NCBI GenBank assembly: GCA_047495785.1
Contig: JBLDXI010000003.1
Coordinates: forward strand, 124,001 to 188,000
Origin: Lepidodermella squamata
Taxonomy: Eukaryota > Animalia > Gastrotricha
Direction: 5' to 3'
Length of the DNA stretch: 64,000 nucleotides
Shown: positions 47,801-61,402 of the stretch, in pieces
Position numbering within the stretch: the first letter of the stretch is position 1
How the letters are laid out: each line of letters begins with the position of its first letter
The notes under the pieces: model-generated
What the model was told of the DNA's origin: nothing
The model's input: only the letters and a program-made list of their open reading frames with translations
The model's database searches: none
Program-made: the position numbers and the translations under genes

Positions 47801-50800
47801 TAGAGAGTATCTCATTGATTTGAAGTAGGCAGCGTTGCGAAAACCAGGAACCGGGAAATCCTTGAAGCAACTGTAAGCTGCCGTCGTTCCGTTGGCTGGC
47901 AGTTTCGCTACGGAAACGTTAACGAAATCGTTAACGACCTGAACAGCGATGCGGATACTCATATTTCCATTTGAATTGAAAAATGCCGAGTCGCCACATC
48001 CCGGAGGCGAGAATGCTGTCCCAGGTGGCGGAACAGTGACGTTATCTGTTTTGTTTGGGTAATAGCCGATGTAAAACTCGCCTCTGCCCGGGAGAAGATT
48101 CTGCCATATGCCAAACCCATAGAGACCACTGAGGCCGGCGTTAGGAAAGCTAGAGTTGCTGATATTCACTACGAAAACGCATTCCGTGCTTCTACAGAGA
48201 AGTAGGCTCTGAGTAACTTACTTTTTGTCAGTAGGATGGTGTCGAGATTGAAAATCAATCCCAGCCAACCTTGCGATCCATCAGCGCTGCAGGCGACGTC
48301 GAAATCGAACTCGATGCGCCAATCAACATACAAATAATTGAACGACTGAAATACATTTTCGAGATAATCGACATTGTCGGAAGGCGGTAAAGGGATATTT
48401 TACGTAGATTTTATACTCGCTGCCATAACCACGGGCGTAAAGCGCATAGCGTTTTTCGATTGGCGGGTAAAGAGGCCTGATTGTGGTATTGTGCTCCCCA
48501 GTCATGTCGAAGCTCACATAAGGGTTGAAAGTAGCCCTGGCGGCATTTGCTGGCAGCGCTAACGTGTAAGCATCTGGAATTGGCGGATTGCTATATGTGA
48601 GACCCCAAAGGTACCTAATGAAGCAAAAAAAGCAAGTTTTGTTACTGAAGCGATAGCGAGATTCCAGGAAACAACAAAACCCCCCTCTGACCCGCCCAAG
48701 ATTCCTCTGATATGGTCAGATTCTGATATGTACGCCACACGCTCCACGAAGGCCAACTTTGAACTTTTCGGTGTGTTTTAAAGAAAAAAATCATTTGAAA
48801 GGTGTTCTCACTCAAAAAATATAAAGAACGTGCTTCAACAAAACTTCACAAGTAGACGAAGACAGTTTGAAAAATTGAAAGTGAGCCTTTGTAATTGACG
48901 AGATTTCGTGCGACAGTCAGAATGGGAGCGCAAGCGCAGAGGAAAACCTGCATCTCTAAACCCGAAATCAGAAAAAAACCAAATGAGCGTTATCAAGTAA
49001 AAATTGGGGGTTGGGAAATTTTCTGTACTTTCCAGCAAAGCGCAAAAACTGTGCTGATTCGAAAAGGGACGATTTTTGGGTTCAAAGATGTCCTTACCCA
49101 GTTTTTCTTGAGGATTTAGTATTTCCAAATTAACAAATTAAGGACCAGAATTTCGGAAGATTGCTCAGCTCAGATTGCCCCAAAAATTGTCGAATATAGA
49201 TAAAAAATAACAGCAGAATGTATTGAAACAATAAATGAAATCAATGATAAATGAGGTCAATGACTGATTATTAACCTAGTTTGACTCCTTAACTGATCTT
49301 GAAAGTGGCACCAACATTGCACGATTTCAAAAATATTGATCGCCTAACCCCTCTTTTCACTTGTTAACGGTCAAAGTTGATCTTTTACAGGGTCAGGGGT
49401 GATCTTATTCTTATTAAGCTTTAAATTTACATTTTTCTCACGAGAGCCTCTCCGTCTGCTCCATTGATAGCGTAGAAACTAGGCATAAGCGTGCCGGATA
49501 GCATCTGATATCCAAAATTATAAATGGTGGCGGCGAACGCTATCTCAGTTGAACAGGCTGCTCCACCAGACATAGGAACAGCCGTCATCTTGATATTGAA
49601 AAATCATTGCACCCGGAAAGCAACGAGATGAGCCCTTACTGTTATAACGTCCAAGACGTTTTGGTAGATCATGCGGAAGTTGGCGACGCCTGAGGACGGC
49701 ATGACGCAGCTAGTGTTGAACGTCGATGTTGCCGACGACGAGGCGTTGAAGGGAGGTGGAATTGGCGGGCCAATGTCCATGACCAATCTCCACGTGACTA
49801 TGGCTCTACCGCCTGGAGCAAGCCTGAGGAATGTCAATAAACCGAATCCATAGTTAGTGAACACGTCGTAGTAAGCCGAAGAAACCGACGAGACATCTTG
49901 GAGGTGGAAACAGACTTGGATTAAAGTCTTCTACAAATGGGAAGCTTACTTTGGTTCATGCGATTCGAAGTTAATGAAAATCCGAACCAGGCATTTGATG
50001 AGCCGTTGGTTTTGTATCGCAGCTCAACATCGTACTCCAAACGCCAGACTAGTAAGTAGCCTGCATAATTGCTGCCCACTGCCTATTTTTTGTAGAGGGC
50101 AGTTTGATAAACAAGACAATTTTTCATTTGTATCTATATCCTGACATACCGTAACGAGTGGTAACTTTGGAAAAAACGTGTTTTTCGAACATTAAAAATC
50201 AGCCTTATTTGCTCCTAAATTTCTGAATTTTTTACAAAAGGTGGGGATGGTGGTTCTTGAATTTACTGCAAATTTTAAAAAATTTCAGAATTTTACCTGA
50301 CCTTTGACCTTTGGCTAATTTTATTAGACAATTAGAGGGTAGTTTTGGACACTCATTTGCATATGCAATTTCATTGCAATTTCACTGTGAAATATCTGGT
50401 TTTCATAGTTTTTCATTTAATCTTGGGTCAGATTTCGAAAAAAATTATTAACAGATGGCGCATCCTCTGTTTCTCAGAAGTTCAATAAAAATAGGTTTCT
50501 GCGCAGCAGCATACTTAACCCGTCCAAAAGTGTCCAAAATTACCCCAATTTTCACCTGTTTTTTAGGTAAATGCCCTGCCAAAACGCGTCGACGTATTGC
50601 CATTTTATCTTCGATTATAGGTAGAGTATAGATAGGAGAATACTCATGCCAACTTTCATTGAAAACTGATCGATTAGAAAGATAGATAGGGGGTCCCAAA
50701 ACGGCACCCAAAGTCTAACTGCTTGCAACTTGTTCCGAAATTGGATTTCAGCTCCAATTGCCTTGATTTTTATTTCAAACGGAAGCTGAAGAGACGAAGA

Positions 50801-51301
50801 ATTTTATGCAAAAACCCCCATGATTTAAACGTTCAACCCTGGAAAGCTAAACACCTGCAAAGCCGAAAGTGTCCAAAGTTACCGTGTCCACAATCACCAC
50901 ACGTTACGGTATAGGTGGATTTTTTAAGTACCTATTCTCATACACGTTATCGTGGAAAGCAAAACATTCTGACACGCCTCTCACCTGAGGTGAAACATGG
51001 AATAACCAACCTGGCCTTGTAGAATCGCCAAGGATTCATTTGGCGACGAATTTGCAGCCGACATTGAGTTCAATTGATAGCCGTTCGCAACTTTTTGAGC
51101 AGCGTAATACGTTGTGAACGTGCCATTGCTGTTCACACTCGCATTCTCGCCATCGAATGAGCAGTGCGGCACGTAGATAGGCATTCCTTTATAGGCCGTC
51201 GGTAAAGGCAAGGAGGAAACATCTGGCGAAGGATCAAAGCCAGCGAAAGCAGCTGCGATCAGAGTTGCTTCGATGATGATGGGGAAAATCGTCCAAAACA
51301 T
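44873..51301 (-). CDS. Atypical Cys-loop channel subunit, copy C (980 aa)
   Basis: Exons 51301-51011, 50082-49950, 49896-49640, 49588-49431, 48614-48404, 48345-48222, 48168-47760 and 46232-44873 total 2943 nt in frame. Intron phases are identical to copy A. Cys-loop CKMDLSKFPFDSQTC. Confidence 0.9.
46433..46960. mobile_element. hAT-like MITE in the last intron of copy C
   Basis: TIRs cagtgctttggatttgatttga / tcaaatcgaatccaaagctctg; 8-bp TSD agtgagcc / agtgggcc (one mismatch); internal (gattt)n arrays. Confidence 0.75.
46799..46906. mobile_element. 108-bp GG-terminated MITE (Merlin-like) nested inside the hAT-like MITE
   Basis: TIRs gggactactccaaaaca / tgttttggagtagtccc; perfect 8-bp TSD aaggaggt at 46791-46798 and 46907-46914. 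Confidence 0.8.
47007..47350. repeat. Long fold-back inverted repeat (~125-bp arms, ~95-bp spacer)
   Basis: 47007-47131 (ctcttccggaaaatt...ttttttggct) is the near-perfect reverse complement of 47226-47350. Confidence 0.85.
50149..50909. mobile_element. Non-autonomous Tc1/mariner-pogo-type element in intron 1 of copy C
   Basis: ta|ccgtaacgagtggt ... accacacgttacgg|ta; subterminal gtaactttgga / tccaaagttac. Confidence 0.7.
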
Positions 51302-53004
51302 TTTGCGTCAAATGATTTCCAATCTCGAGAATCACCGGCGCGTTTCGTGCATGAATAATACATTTTGCGAACTGAGAGAGCACTTCGAACCCACGCTGAT
51401 TGGTGCTAAAGCTTTCTCAATTTGTTTTCTGGGTTCAAAATGTTATTTTTCTTGAGTTCGATTGCCGCAGAGTGCTCGTTGAATTGATCAATAATCTTCG
51501 TGGATGTACATTAACGTCATATTTTGCTAGCGATGTGAAATCAAACGACAGCCTTGTGAACTAGTATTGTCCTTTGCGAACGACTTCATGTCTGTGTAAA
51601 CAATGTCTACTTATCCTACTGCGTAATTACTCCTACGATTTCATCATATTCATATTTAATGTAAAGTAAAGTAAAGATTGTAAAGATCGATTCCCGATTC
51701 CCCCTTCCACAGCTCATAGGACTAACGCATCTCTTGTGAGGCAGAACGGTTCAGGCTGAACGGTTCAGATCGAGGTTGTATCCCGGTCATTTTTCTTCAA
51801 ATTTTGCAGAAAAGTATGGACATTCATCCAGTCTCTTAACTTATTTCGTTCGTAATGCCTATCCAAGAGATCAGGATACGGGGCCTTATTTTCTGTGCCG
51901 GTAAAATCGGTATCAATTGTCATTCTCCATGAACTTCATCTGCAAACGAACTTAGCTAAGATTCACTGCTTGTCCAACCGTCAAAGTAGCTCAAGTAAAT
52001 CTCTCGAAAAATGTGCGCCAAATGTATGCATTTCCGTTGGAATGAAGAGTAGATTCTTGCGATAAGCAAAAACCATTTAACATATTCAAGTTTCAGGTAA
52101 ATTATTCGGCTCGGAAAAACGAGAAAGTTCAGAGATAATTAAAAGTGAAGAAAATGCGGGAGAAGGTTCTGGTTCTGTTCATGTCTGCTGAGATAATTGC
52201 ATTGCTTCCATCTACTGCGCTTTTCTAATTCAAATCGATTCCGCATTTGGTTTGAAAAATCGAGTTTTGTGCAAAATCGTTTCTGCAAGTACAGGTGTAG
52301 CGTGTAGCGGCTGAATGATTGTTAATGATATTATTATTGATGATGATAACTGGATGATTCAGCGCGCTAGATAATTGGTTTTTCACTTGTTATTGTTACC
52401 TTAATACTCAGTGCGATCAAGTGTGGTTTTCCTTATAAGGATGAAACGATAATCGATGTTGCTGATCCATAGACTTTCCTTGTATGGTCAAATAGATACA
52501 ATTCATGCTGTATAAATACCACGGATCGATAGGATCAAAGTGGTCTTGTTAGCTCTGGTTTAGCTTTGTTACACCGCTAGTATAGTTCGTGTAGTCTGTA
52601 GCATTGCTGGAGTCAAGTTCTAATGATTGCTGTAATTGCTGATAATAAAGTGTAGAGTTGAATAGAGTTGACTTGTGGATAAAGAACCCAGTGGTTACAC
52701 AGGCATCCCCAATCCTACCTGGCATTGTCATCTCAGTAATTAAGGACTCGTGCAAAATAATCAATTACCACCCGTACAACAAATAATTATTAAATGTAAA
52801 TACCCGTGGCTTAAGGCAATCTGATGCTTAGTATAAGACGGAACATTTATTTTCCAATAAACTACAACACATGTACATTGACAACCGATAGAAAATAGTG
52901 AACACTTTTGCTCAGCATAATATGAATCAGCCACTGAAGCATCATGAGCTTGAACAATATGGTTTATCAAGTCAAAGAAACCGCTTTGCCAATTAGGTGA
53001 AATT

Positions 53005-53415
53005 CATAGAGAAAAAAATGACCAGAGTAAGCACTCAAGCTATCAAATTTTGATCTGCATTATTAAAGAAGTGCTTTCTCAAAACGGATATCACCGTTTT
53101 CTACCAAATTTTGCATGCCTATAGAACGCGAGCTGCTCTTTTACGTGGTATAAGATTTGAATTGAGCCATTGCTGCTCAGTCTTCATCTCATCAAAATAG
53201 TTGAAACCATAGTGAAAACGAGGTTTTTGTATCGTGACAACGGTTGCGTTGCACACCTCAAATCTTATGCCACGTGAAAGATCAGCCCGCGTTCTATAGC
53301 CATGCAAAATTTGGTGAAAAATGGAGATATACGTTTTGAGAAAGTCAACTTTGAATCAAAATAAAGATTTAGAAATTTTAGCTTGAGTGCTTACTCTGGT
53401 CATTTTTTCTCTATG
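53005..53415. mobile_element. 411-bp fold-back MITE with CATAGAG ends and 8-bp TSD
   Basis: TIR catagagaaaaaaatgaccagagtaagcactcaagcta with its inverse at 53379-53415; inner arms also inverted; TSD gtgaaatt / gtgaactt. Confidence 0.82.
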
Positions 53416-53484
53416 GTGAACTTATATCAAAGTGTTGCAATGAATGAACGGAATATTTGCAGTGGTCAATTTTCACGAATTTTT

Positions 53485-56400
53485 TCACTTTGTGAAGACG
53501 ACAAGGTACATGTTAGCTACTAGTAAAGCTTCGAGAGCGATGCAAAAGACCAGCAAATCGAGGATTCGAATGAGCGGCAAGCAGAGCTTCTTGGAGATCA
53601 TAACATCCATACTGGTTAAACACTCAAACCTCTTGCTGATCACCACGACTGTCGCGGCAATTTCGTAAACAGCAATTGTGGCGACTATTCCTGAGAGCAT
53701 GAGGACGTAGTCAGTATACAAGAGCTGTTTCGAGTTCTGAGATACACTTGACAACACATCGGATTGCGCAACGACCAAGGCTAGCATGAGAGTGGCGCAT
53801 AGCATCGGTCGATCTGGTACATCAGGTTCCATTAGCAAGGAACTGAATCCGAGGAAAACAAGGAGATAGCAAGGAATCATCAAGTTGACGATATAGTAAG
53901 TCGGATCGCGTTTGTAGGTCAAAGCAATCCTTGCGTATGAAACAGCTGCCCCAGTTCTCGAGGGAGAAGGGCATTTGCCTCGGCTTGTGCGCGAACCAAC
54001 AAGGGTCCACATGTTGGTCGATAGCGAATCGTAGGATTTGATGTAGACTCCGTTTATAGCGACGAAATCAGCAGGCTCGTCCATCAGAAAGGTGAATTCG
54101 CACGTCTGAGAATCGAACGGGAATTTTGTCAAGTCCATCACACAGGCCGATGAAAACGCACCCACTCTGTCCCAGTGGAAGAAGAGCGTTCTATTAGGCT
54201 TAGTTGCGTAGTACATGATTTGAGCCTTCTCCCCGTAGTTATCGCTGGTCAAATAAACGTCAGTTGTGGAGTTGGTCAGGGCTATTTTCGGCTTCCAGAA
54301 GTCGAAGTTATTCGCGGAAATGACTCGCTCAGTGGCATCGGCATCTGGAGCTGTGTATTCAGCCGAACAGGAAAAAACTGGCCATTGAACGAGCAAAGAA
54401 GCCCATAGCGATATCTCACTTTCAACCTGGTTAATCGCGACCAGACGCTCTACGGAAAAGGTTAGGTACAGAGGAGTATTCACCTGGGGAGCGTGTCTAT
54501 TCTTATTCAGATAGGGGCAAGCTTCGAGGTCCTGATAAGTGACGGTAGGATCGAAATTCCCGTCCAAAATATCAGGAATAGGGGCGCGATCAGGGTTGGA
54601 ATTGTTGATTAAAAGATCCTGAGATGAGACCATATTTGGGGCTGATGTTCCGGAAGTTAGCGCCGAAACTGTACTTGTAACCTGAGCTTTAGCTGTTGTA
54701 ATTATCGGCATAGTAGTCGGTTGAGGTGGTTGGACCGTTACAGTAGTCGGTGGCATTGTTGTTACACTTGGAGAAGTGGTTGTTGATGTCATCATAGCTA
54801 TTCCAGTTGATGAGCTAAGACTGGTCGAAGTGCTGGACCTCATCGATGTACTACGGCTTGTCGATGTGCTAGGGCTTGCCGATGTTGTAGTCTGTGCGAC
54901 ACTTTGAGTCAAATGCCATACCATGCTGCGTAAAATAACCAGCATCATACAAACATGTTCCTAACTATTATAAACGCCTACATTTTCTTTAGCATAATAG
55001 CACTTGGACTCCCTATTCCCTGCAGAGCGTATAAGAGAGAATGGTCAAAGGCCATGCTTCGAAAGCCCGGAACTGCGAAGTTGGTGAAACAGGTCAGGGC
55101 TGTAGCGGAGGGAAATTTCGCGATCGAAACATCTACTGAATCATTGACGTGTTGAACAATGATACGATAGCTCGCGCTTCCTGAGGCGTTGAAAAACGAA
55201 GCGTCGCCGCATCCTACTGGAGAAGGTGTTGTTCCATTGGGTGGAACTGCGGCGCCGTCGATTTTATTCGGGAAGTAGCCGGCGTAAAACTCGCCGCGAT
55301 TCGCCAGCAAATTTTGCCACAGGCCGAAGCCATTCAAGCTTTTAATAGTGGGACCGCTGTCTGATGAATACGCAAAAATGATTTCAGATGACTATTTCAC
55401 GTATCAAAATGTTGTATTTTATTTACCTATCCACGGGTAGTTTGCGTAAACACTGAAAATTACGCCAAACCAAGCTGCCGTCGAGCTGCACGTCACGTCC
55501 AAGTCAATTTCAACGCGCCAATCGCCAAAATAGTTGTAGCAGTACTAAAAAAGTCATATTTGTTATAATGCTAATTTATGGGTGAATTTAAAATGACCCC
55601 AGAGTAATAAGTAGTGCCGATAAGTCCATAACTTTTCGGATAAGATGTAGGCTGCAGGGGCATCGTTGTCCAGTTGTATTCTCCGGAATAGTCGAGACTT
55701 GCATAGCCGCCGAAAGTCGTCTTGGCGTAATTAGGAGGCAGAGCGAGGGTGGCCAGATCAGGCGTTGGAGGGCTATCTTCGATAAGGCCCCACAAATACC
55801 TAATAGTAATATATAATCTGCAATTTACATCATCTGCAGTTTTTCGGAAATTCTGTTTGGCGAAAATTCACTATCATGCAACCTTCAATTTTCCAGCATT
55901 CACCAGGTTGAAAAGATTTTTCCAATTCATTCTCCCACTTTTATCAAAAATCTTCAAGTCTCAACTCGTGTTGGACTATTTACCGTACTGCCCGGAACAA
56001 AAACCATGACATTTATAAATTTCAAACGTCGATGAACCCCTGACATTTAAAAGAGACTGACATTTATTTATCCGAACCAACAAGTAACTGCCTAGGTAAC
56101 CACAATGGCATGCAATTCCCCTAGATTCTACGTATTTTGACCCACAAAATTGATCCAAGAATAGTAATCAGAGCCAATCAGAATAGCTGATATTACCTTA
56201 TTAGTGACCTTCAATATGGCCCCTGCCACTGACCTGACATTTATTTTTTCGAACGACCTCTAACCTCTGACATTTATTTGAGGCTGCCATTTATTCGAGG
56301 CTGACATTTTTTTCGGGCAGTACGGTAGGTCCACGTGGTGAAATGTAGGACCATGAATAGGGCCATGACTGCAGAGTACAAACGAACGATTTTGTTTCAT

Positions 56401-58056
56401 TGGATATTGAATCTTCATTTCTCAATAAGGAATCCCGGCGAGGCCATGTCCTCTCGGGTAACTCTTCACGGGGAATCCGTCTATTTCTAATATTGACAAC
56501 TCCTAATCGATTGTCGAATATCGATTATCGATTTTGAAGTGATTTCTTGACTTTTTAAGCGATCAAAGTGATCGGCGCTTGTTACTTTGTGGATATGATT
56601 ACCCCCACCGATTTTTCTTTAACAAGGGTGAGTTTTCGACGTCTATTCCACTATAAAATTATGATTCTGCTGGTTTCAAAATGGGCCAATTATTCCAAAA
56701 TGTCCAGCTTCAAGGGGTTAAGCTTATCCCCTTCAGAGTTTTATCGCAGCTCTCTGGGGGATCATTCTTCCCCCTTAGCCCCCAGTCTCGTAACACTGGC
56801 TTTCGTTGGGCATCCCAGTTAACACTGGACCTGTCTTGAAATTGCAATTTCTTTCGAAATCCCAATTTCCAATTTTACCTTCCGTTTCAGCCCACCGAAG
56901 GCAGGCACTGAGGGCATTACCTCGAGTTCGCGGCATGGTTGCCACCACAATTACAGCAGCAAACAGCACGCTAAGGTATAATATCGCATTTTTCTTGTTA
57001 GAAAATTTACATTCTACATTCTACTACTGTGCTTTCAAGTCATATGATGGGCGATAGAAGCTTACACTCTTTTAACGACGGCATCTCCGTCAGCACCGTT
57101 GATGGCGTAAAAAGATGGCAAAGGCGTGCGCAACAGTATTTGGTAACCTTGATAGTAAGGGGCGCCTTGAAACGTTATTACTGTTGAGCAACTGGCTCCA
57201 CCGGAACCTGGAACAGCCGTAATCTGCAAATGAAAAAATGCTAAATTCAGAAAGGAGAAACCTCAGTCGACATACAGTTAGGACATCGAGCACGCTCTGG
57301 TATATCATGCGAAACTTTGCGTTGCCAGACGACCCCATGACACAGCTCAGGTTAAGGGAAAAAGTGTTGCTTATGCCATTGTTGAAAGGCGGTGGCGCTA
57401 GATTGCCGTCGTCATTGCCACCGTTGTACGTGGTAATCAACGGCCCGCCCGGTTGCAGCTTGATCAAAGTCAGTAAACCGAAGCCGTATTTAACAAAAAC
57501 ATCGTAGTAAGAAGATGAGTTCGACGAGAAGCCTGTCAGCAAGTGTGAAATAGTCTCCGACGTGATACGAAGGAATTGTATAACTTACGGGGTATCAGCC
57601 GATTTGATGACCAAATGAATGCGAACCAGCCATTCGAAGGCCGACCGGGATCGTAATTCAGCTCAAGCTCGTATTCCATTCGCCAGTTTATCAAGCTGGC
57701 ACCTAGAGCTCCAACAGGATTCTTTTTTACGGATAACAAGTGAAGCTGATTGCAAGGAGGATATAAAATCGTACCTGGCTGGTTAACATAGCAAATGATT
57801 CATTTGCGGATGGGTTTATTGCATTGATTGAATTCAGCTGGTAACCAGTTGTCCCCTTTCCAGCAGCGTACTGCGTTACGAACGAGCTGTTGCTGTTGAT
57901 CGACGGGTTTCCGACGTCGAAAGAAAACGAGGGGATGTACAAGGGCGTTCCTTTGAACCCATTCGGTAGTGGCAGCGCGGTTGTATCCGGGGTGGGGTCG
58001 TAACCAGCTGAAACTGCCGCAACCAAGGCTGCTTCGAAGAGAAAAAGTCTGAGCAT
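53485..58056 (-). CDS. Atypical Cys-loop channel subunit, copy D (~989 aa)
   Basis: Exons 58056-57775, 57721-57589, 57532-57276, 57223-57066, 55799-55598, 55544-55427, 55360-54982 and 54925-53485 total 2970 nt in frame; two splice sites are weak but phase-consistent. Longest S/T/P stalk; Cys-loop CVMDLTKFPFDSQTC. Confidence 0.87.
55983..56325. mobile_element. TA-flanked MITE in intron 4 of copy D
   Basis: ta|ccgtactgcccggaacaaaa ... tttttttcgggcagtacgg|ta; internal repeats of tgacattta. Confidence 0.78.
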
Positions 58057-58689
58057 GCTACGCGCAAATGGATGCTGTATCGAAAAACAAACTGTTGTGT
58101 ATGTGACGCAATTTTCAGTCGCATGAATTTCTTGGTCCATTAGTGATTGGAGCGTCATTGCAGACGCCCGCAAGTGCAACGATTATTTCGTGTAAGCTGA
58201 AGTGGCTTACTTTCTGCTTGATTCATGCGTGCCTGGACTACCCGCATTTGCTTTCAGCCTATAACGGACTAGTGAATATCAAAACAGCAGTGAATTAGTT
58301 CTGGGCTGCGAGCTTCAACCACGCATTGATGGATTCGAGAGATCTCTCCGCGCTCGTTTCGAAATTCTCACTTCGACTCGAAAGTAGAAAGTGTCCTTAT
58401 GCGAACAGGACGTAAATAGAACAATCTGCTGTTGGGCGTGAGAGTGGGCGTGAATGTTTTGGCAGCGAGTAGAAAATGCTTTTTCATGAATTGGGAATGG
58501 GTGAACCAACTGCAGCTACTAAAATAAAGAATCCAGCACCTAATTTAGAGCTCCAGCACTAAATTTGAAATTCACTCTCACTAATCCCATTGAACACTAA
58601 ATAAGCAACTCCATCACTAAATAAATAAAACCACCGCCTAATTCGTGAATAGGAATGTCATCTTGCCTGGAGAGCAGCTGGAGAGCAGT

Positions 58690-58745
58690 TACTTCGAGGA
58701 TCATCCAATCGACACGCCGATGTCGATTGGATGATCCTCGAAGTA
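58690..58745. repeat. Perfect 25-bp hairpin with 6-nt loop
   Basis: tacttcgaggatcatccaatcgaca-cgccga-tgtcgattggatgatcctcgaagta. Confidence 0.9.
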
Positions 58746-61147
58746 TTCCCTATCCCCTATGTCCAAGCAAGATCAGTCAGCCATTAAAACTTGCTTTTTC
58801 ACACTTAGACATTACAAATTTGGTTTGATGTAATCGAAAGCAGGGGCAGGCATCACTTATATATATAGTTCAAAAGTCAAACGTTTGCCAGCCCGTAGGC
58901 CATGAAATTGTGTGCATGTGCAAATAAGGCAGGATGACAAAATCTAGGATAATAATGAAATCTAGATAAAATTGGTCATGCGCCAAAATAGCTGTTTTAG
59001 TCTTTGCTACCAGCCACTCACCTCCTACTGAAGCGAGACGTGGCAAGCAATTTCAGTCCTATTTGCATCCTATTTATCTGTATCTGTATCTCATTTCAAA
59101 AGGTGAAAGCTGACTGTGACCGCCATTACGCAACACCTATCCGTCAAAAAATTACTTCGATAATAGAGATTTCCGCTTCTCAATTAGCTCAAAATTGGAA
59201 GCTGAAAGTCTCAAAGCTGAGAAGTCTCAAAATTTCGAAAAAAGCCAGTTATATTACAGTCCACAGTACCACTCGGGGTCTCAACATGATGGTCCCGCGT
59301 AACAAGCAAATGGCGGCGTTCAGGGGGAAGTTCCCAATAAAAAAAATGCTGGCTCTTTTGCATATGTATAAATAATTTCAAGTCCGCATTTCTCTTAATT
59401 ATGAAAGCGAGCCTGAATTCGCGGGAGAATCATTTCCTAATCCTAAACTCCTTGACATTTTTCGGAACCTTAAACCCATTCCTACCTACAGCCCTATAAA
59501 AGTTGCTGGAGCTGTCACGCCTGATGAGGGTACTATGGAATACTGTGAAAATCTAGGCATTCATCGTCTGAGGGCGCGGGTCGAGAATGCCTTAGAACCT
59601 AGCCTGGGCTTAACAGCAGTAATAGGCACTGAATGCTGATATCCAGTGCTGGAACTTATTTTTAGGTGTCTTTTATGCATAAGCAACAGCTTTCAGCATT
59701 CTCCCAACAGTATTTTATTCGAAAAATTTTATTCGCGTTGTGCTTGCTTCATCAAACCTGATTTTCAGCGAGAGTTGAAGTTTCAAGTTGAAAATCAATT
59801 TGCCAAAAATCGCTAGCCGTTGTGTTTTATATGCGTTACGCTTCATAGCCCCAGACAAAGCATAGAGATTCGCGATCGAAGCCAGGCTGGTTCGATCATT
59901 TCGTATGCAGTCGCAGGGGCGAAACGTGGAACGAGGAGCAGCAGCATAGAGGTGAGTATATAAAAGGTCACATTTTGGACCAGGCCTGCATACGAGCGCT
60001 AGTCGTTGTGATGAACCATCTCAATATCGGAGCGCTGATTTCTTTCGAAGAGTTGTGCGCTTATCCAAATCTTGAAACGCGTGAGCCTATGAAAGAATCA
60101 ATGCGTGTCAGGCCGCTTCAAAACTCCCGTTATCCGGAATCCGAAATTACGTAAAGAAATCATGTGACGGGTTAAGACTTGATAATCTCCGGCAGTCGGA
60201 TGCTGGTGAAGTTGCTACGGCCACTGCTCGCTATAAAAAACTGATCTTTGCGCTAATAATGGGCGATTATCACGAAGGAGATTTTTAACCGATTGCAGAA
60301 AGACAGATGATGGACTATTTGGGTTATTTTAACCACAATGCCTAACCGATGGACTTTATGTAACTGAGAAGTAATTCTAAAAAGCAAGTCTTTTATTCGA
60401 CGCGCCGCGCACAATGGAGTATAAAGTGTGCGCAAACCGCAAACATTTTTTTGCCTCGCTTTTTTTGAATAAATTTTCAACCATAAGTGATGCGAAGCAG
60501 CAGTTTTCAGCAAATTGAAGTGCAGATGTGGTCTGATTTTCCCCTAAAAGCTTGTTTCAAACAGACGCGTGCCTTCAAGAAGTTAAGCAAGAAATGCGTT
60601 TTGCTATTTTTCATAATTTTTTTAGTTTTGTAAAATGAATAATTTGCATTCGATGTCGACTTAGTTGATTTTCCCTCTTGCCAGAGGCTTCAAGGTTTTT
60701 TAAGAGATGGTCCGTGATGGATCCAAGTCACCTATGCTTGAAAGGAAATTGCACATTGCACCACTATCCAAAACTTGAGGTTTTATTAAATTGGCACAGA
60801 TCAATCAAAAATTCCGCAAAATTCCACTTCTTCTCACAGGGTGATGCCATCCAGCTTCAAAACCTGTAAAATGTCTTTTTTTAAAAATGACAATTTTTCT
60901 AAAATTCACGGACAGCATTTTCCTCATCAATTTTGTCTCCCGAACCTCATCCCAGCAAAAATTTGTGGAAAGTTTATCCCAAGCTAGATCTATCGACTGA
61001 CGAAAACCGCATTGAAAATTCCTCATGGTTACGAAGTTATTCAATAAACGCGAGCCAAAAAAGTTTGCGCATACTTTATAAACAAATGAATTTGCGATAA
61101 CGAAGAACTTCAATGTTATTGATTTTTCTGTTGTAACAAGTTTGCAG

Positions 61148-61310
61148 CAGAGCTGGAAAACTTGCAGAAATGACGCACCAGGTGCGTAGGAAATTTTGAG
61201 AAAATTAGGCAATTTTGGCTTACGAAACAGTCAAAAATGTAAGGAAATGGTAGTTTGGTAGGAAATTAAGAAACCGGTGCGTAGGAAATCCTACAGGTTT
61301 TCCAGCTCTG
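61148..61310. mobile_element. 163-bp hAT-like MITE
   Basis: TIRs cagagctggaaaac / gttttccagctctg; perfect 8-bp TSD gtttgcag at 61140-61147 and 61311-61318. Confidence 0.85.
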
Positions 61311-61402
61311 GTTTGCAGTAAGGGAGAACAACTTCAATTCTATCGAATTTAGACTTAGACCGAGCCGCCAGATTTTTCAATTCGAAATTTGAAACTGAAT
61401 AT

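Noticed and set aside
52549-52970. Short minus-strand ORFs between copies C and D
   Set aside because: No recognisable motifs, no similarity to the paralogs and no splice support.
58515-58645. Spaced short repeats resembling a CRISPR array
   Set aside because: Degenerate minisatellite in eukaryotic DNA; no constant repeat-spacer structure and no cas genes.
59515-59610. Hammerhead ribozyme (CTGATGA...GAAA)
   Set aside because: Stem II lacks the G-C closing pair, and no UH cleavage triplet with a pairing stem I can be placed.
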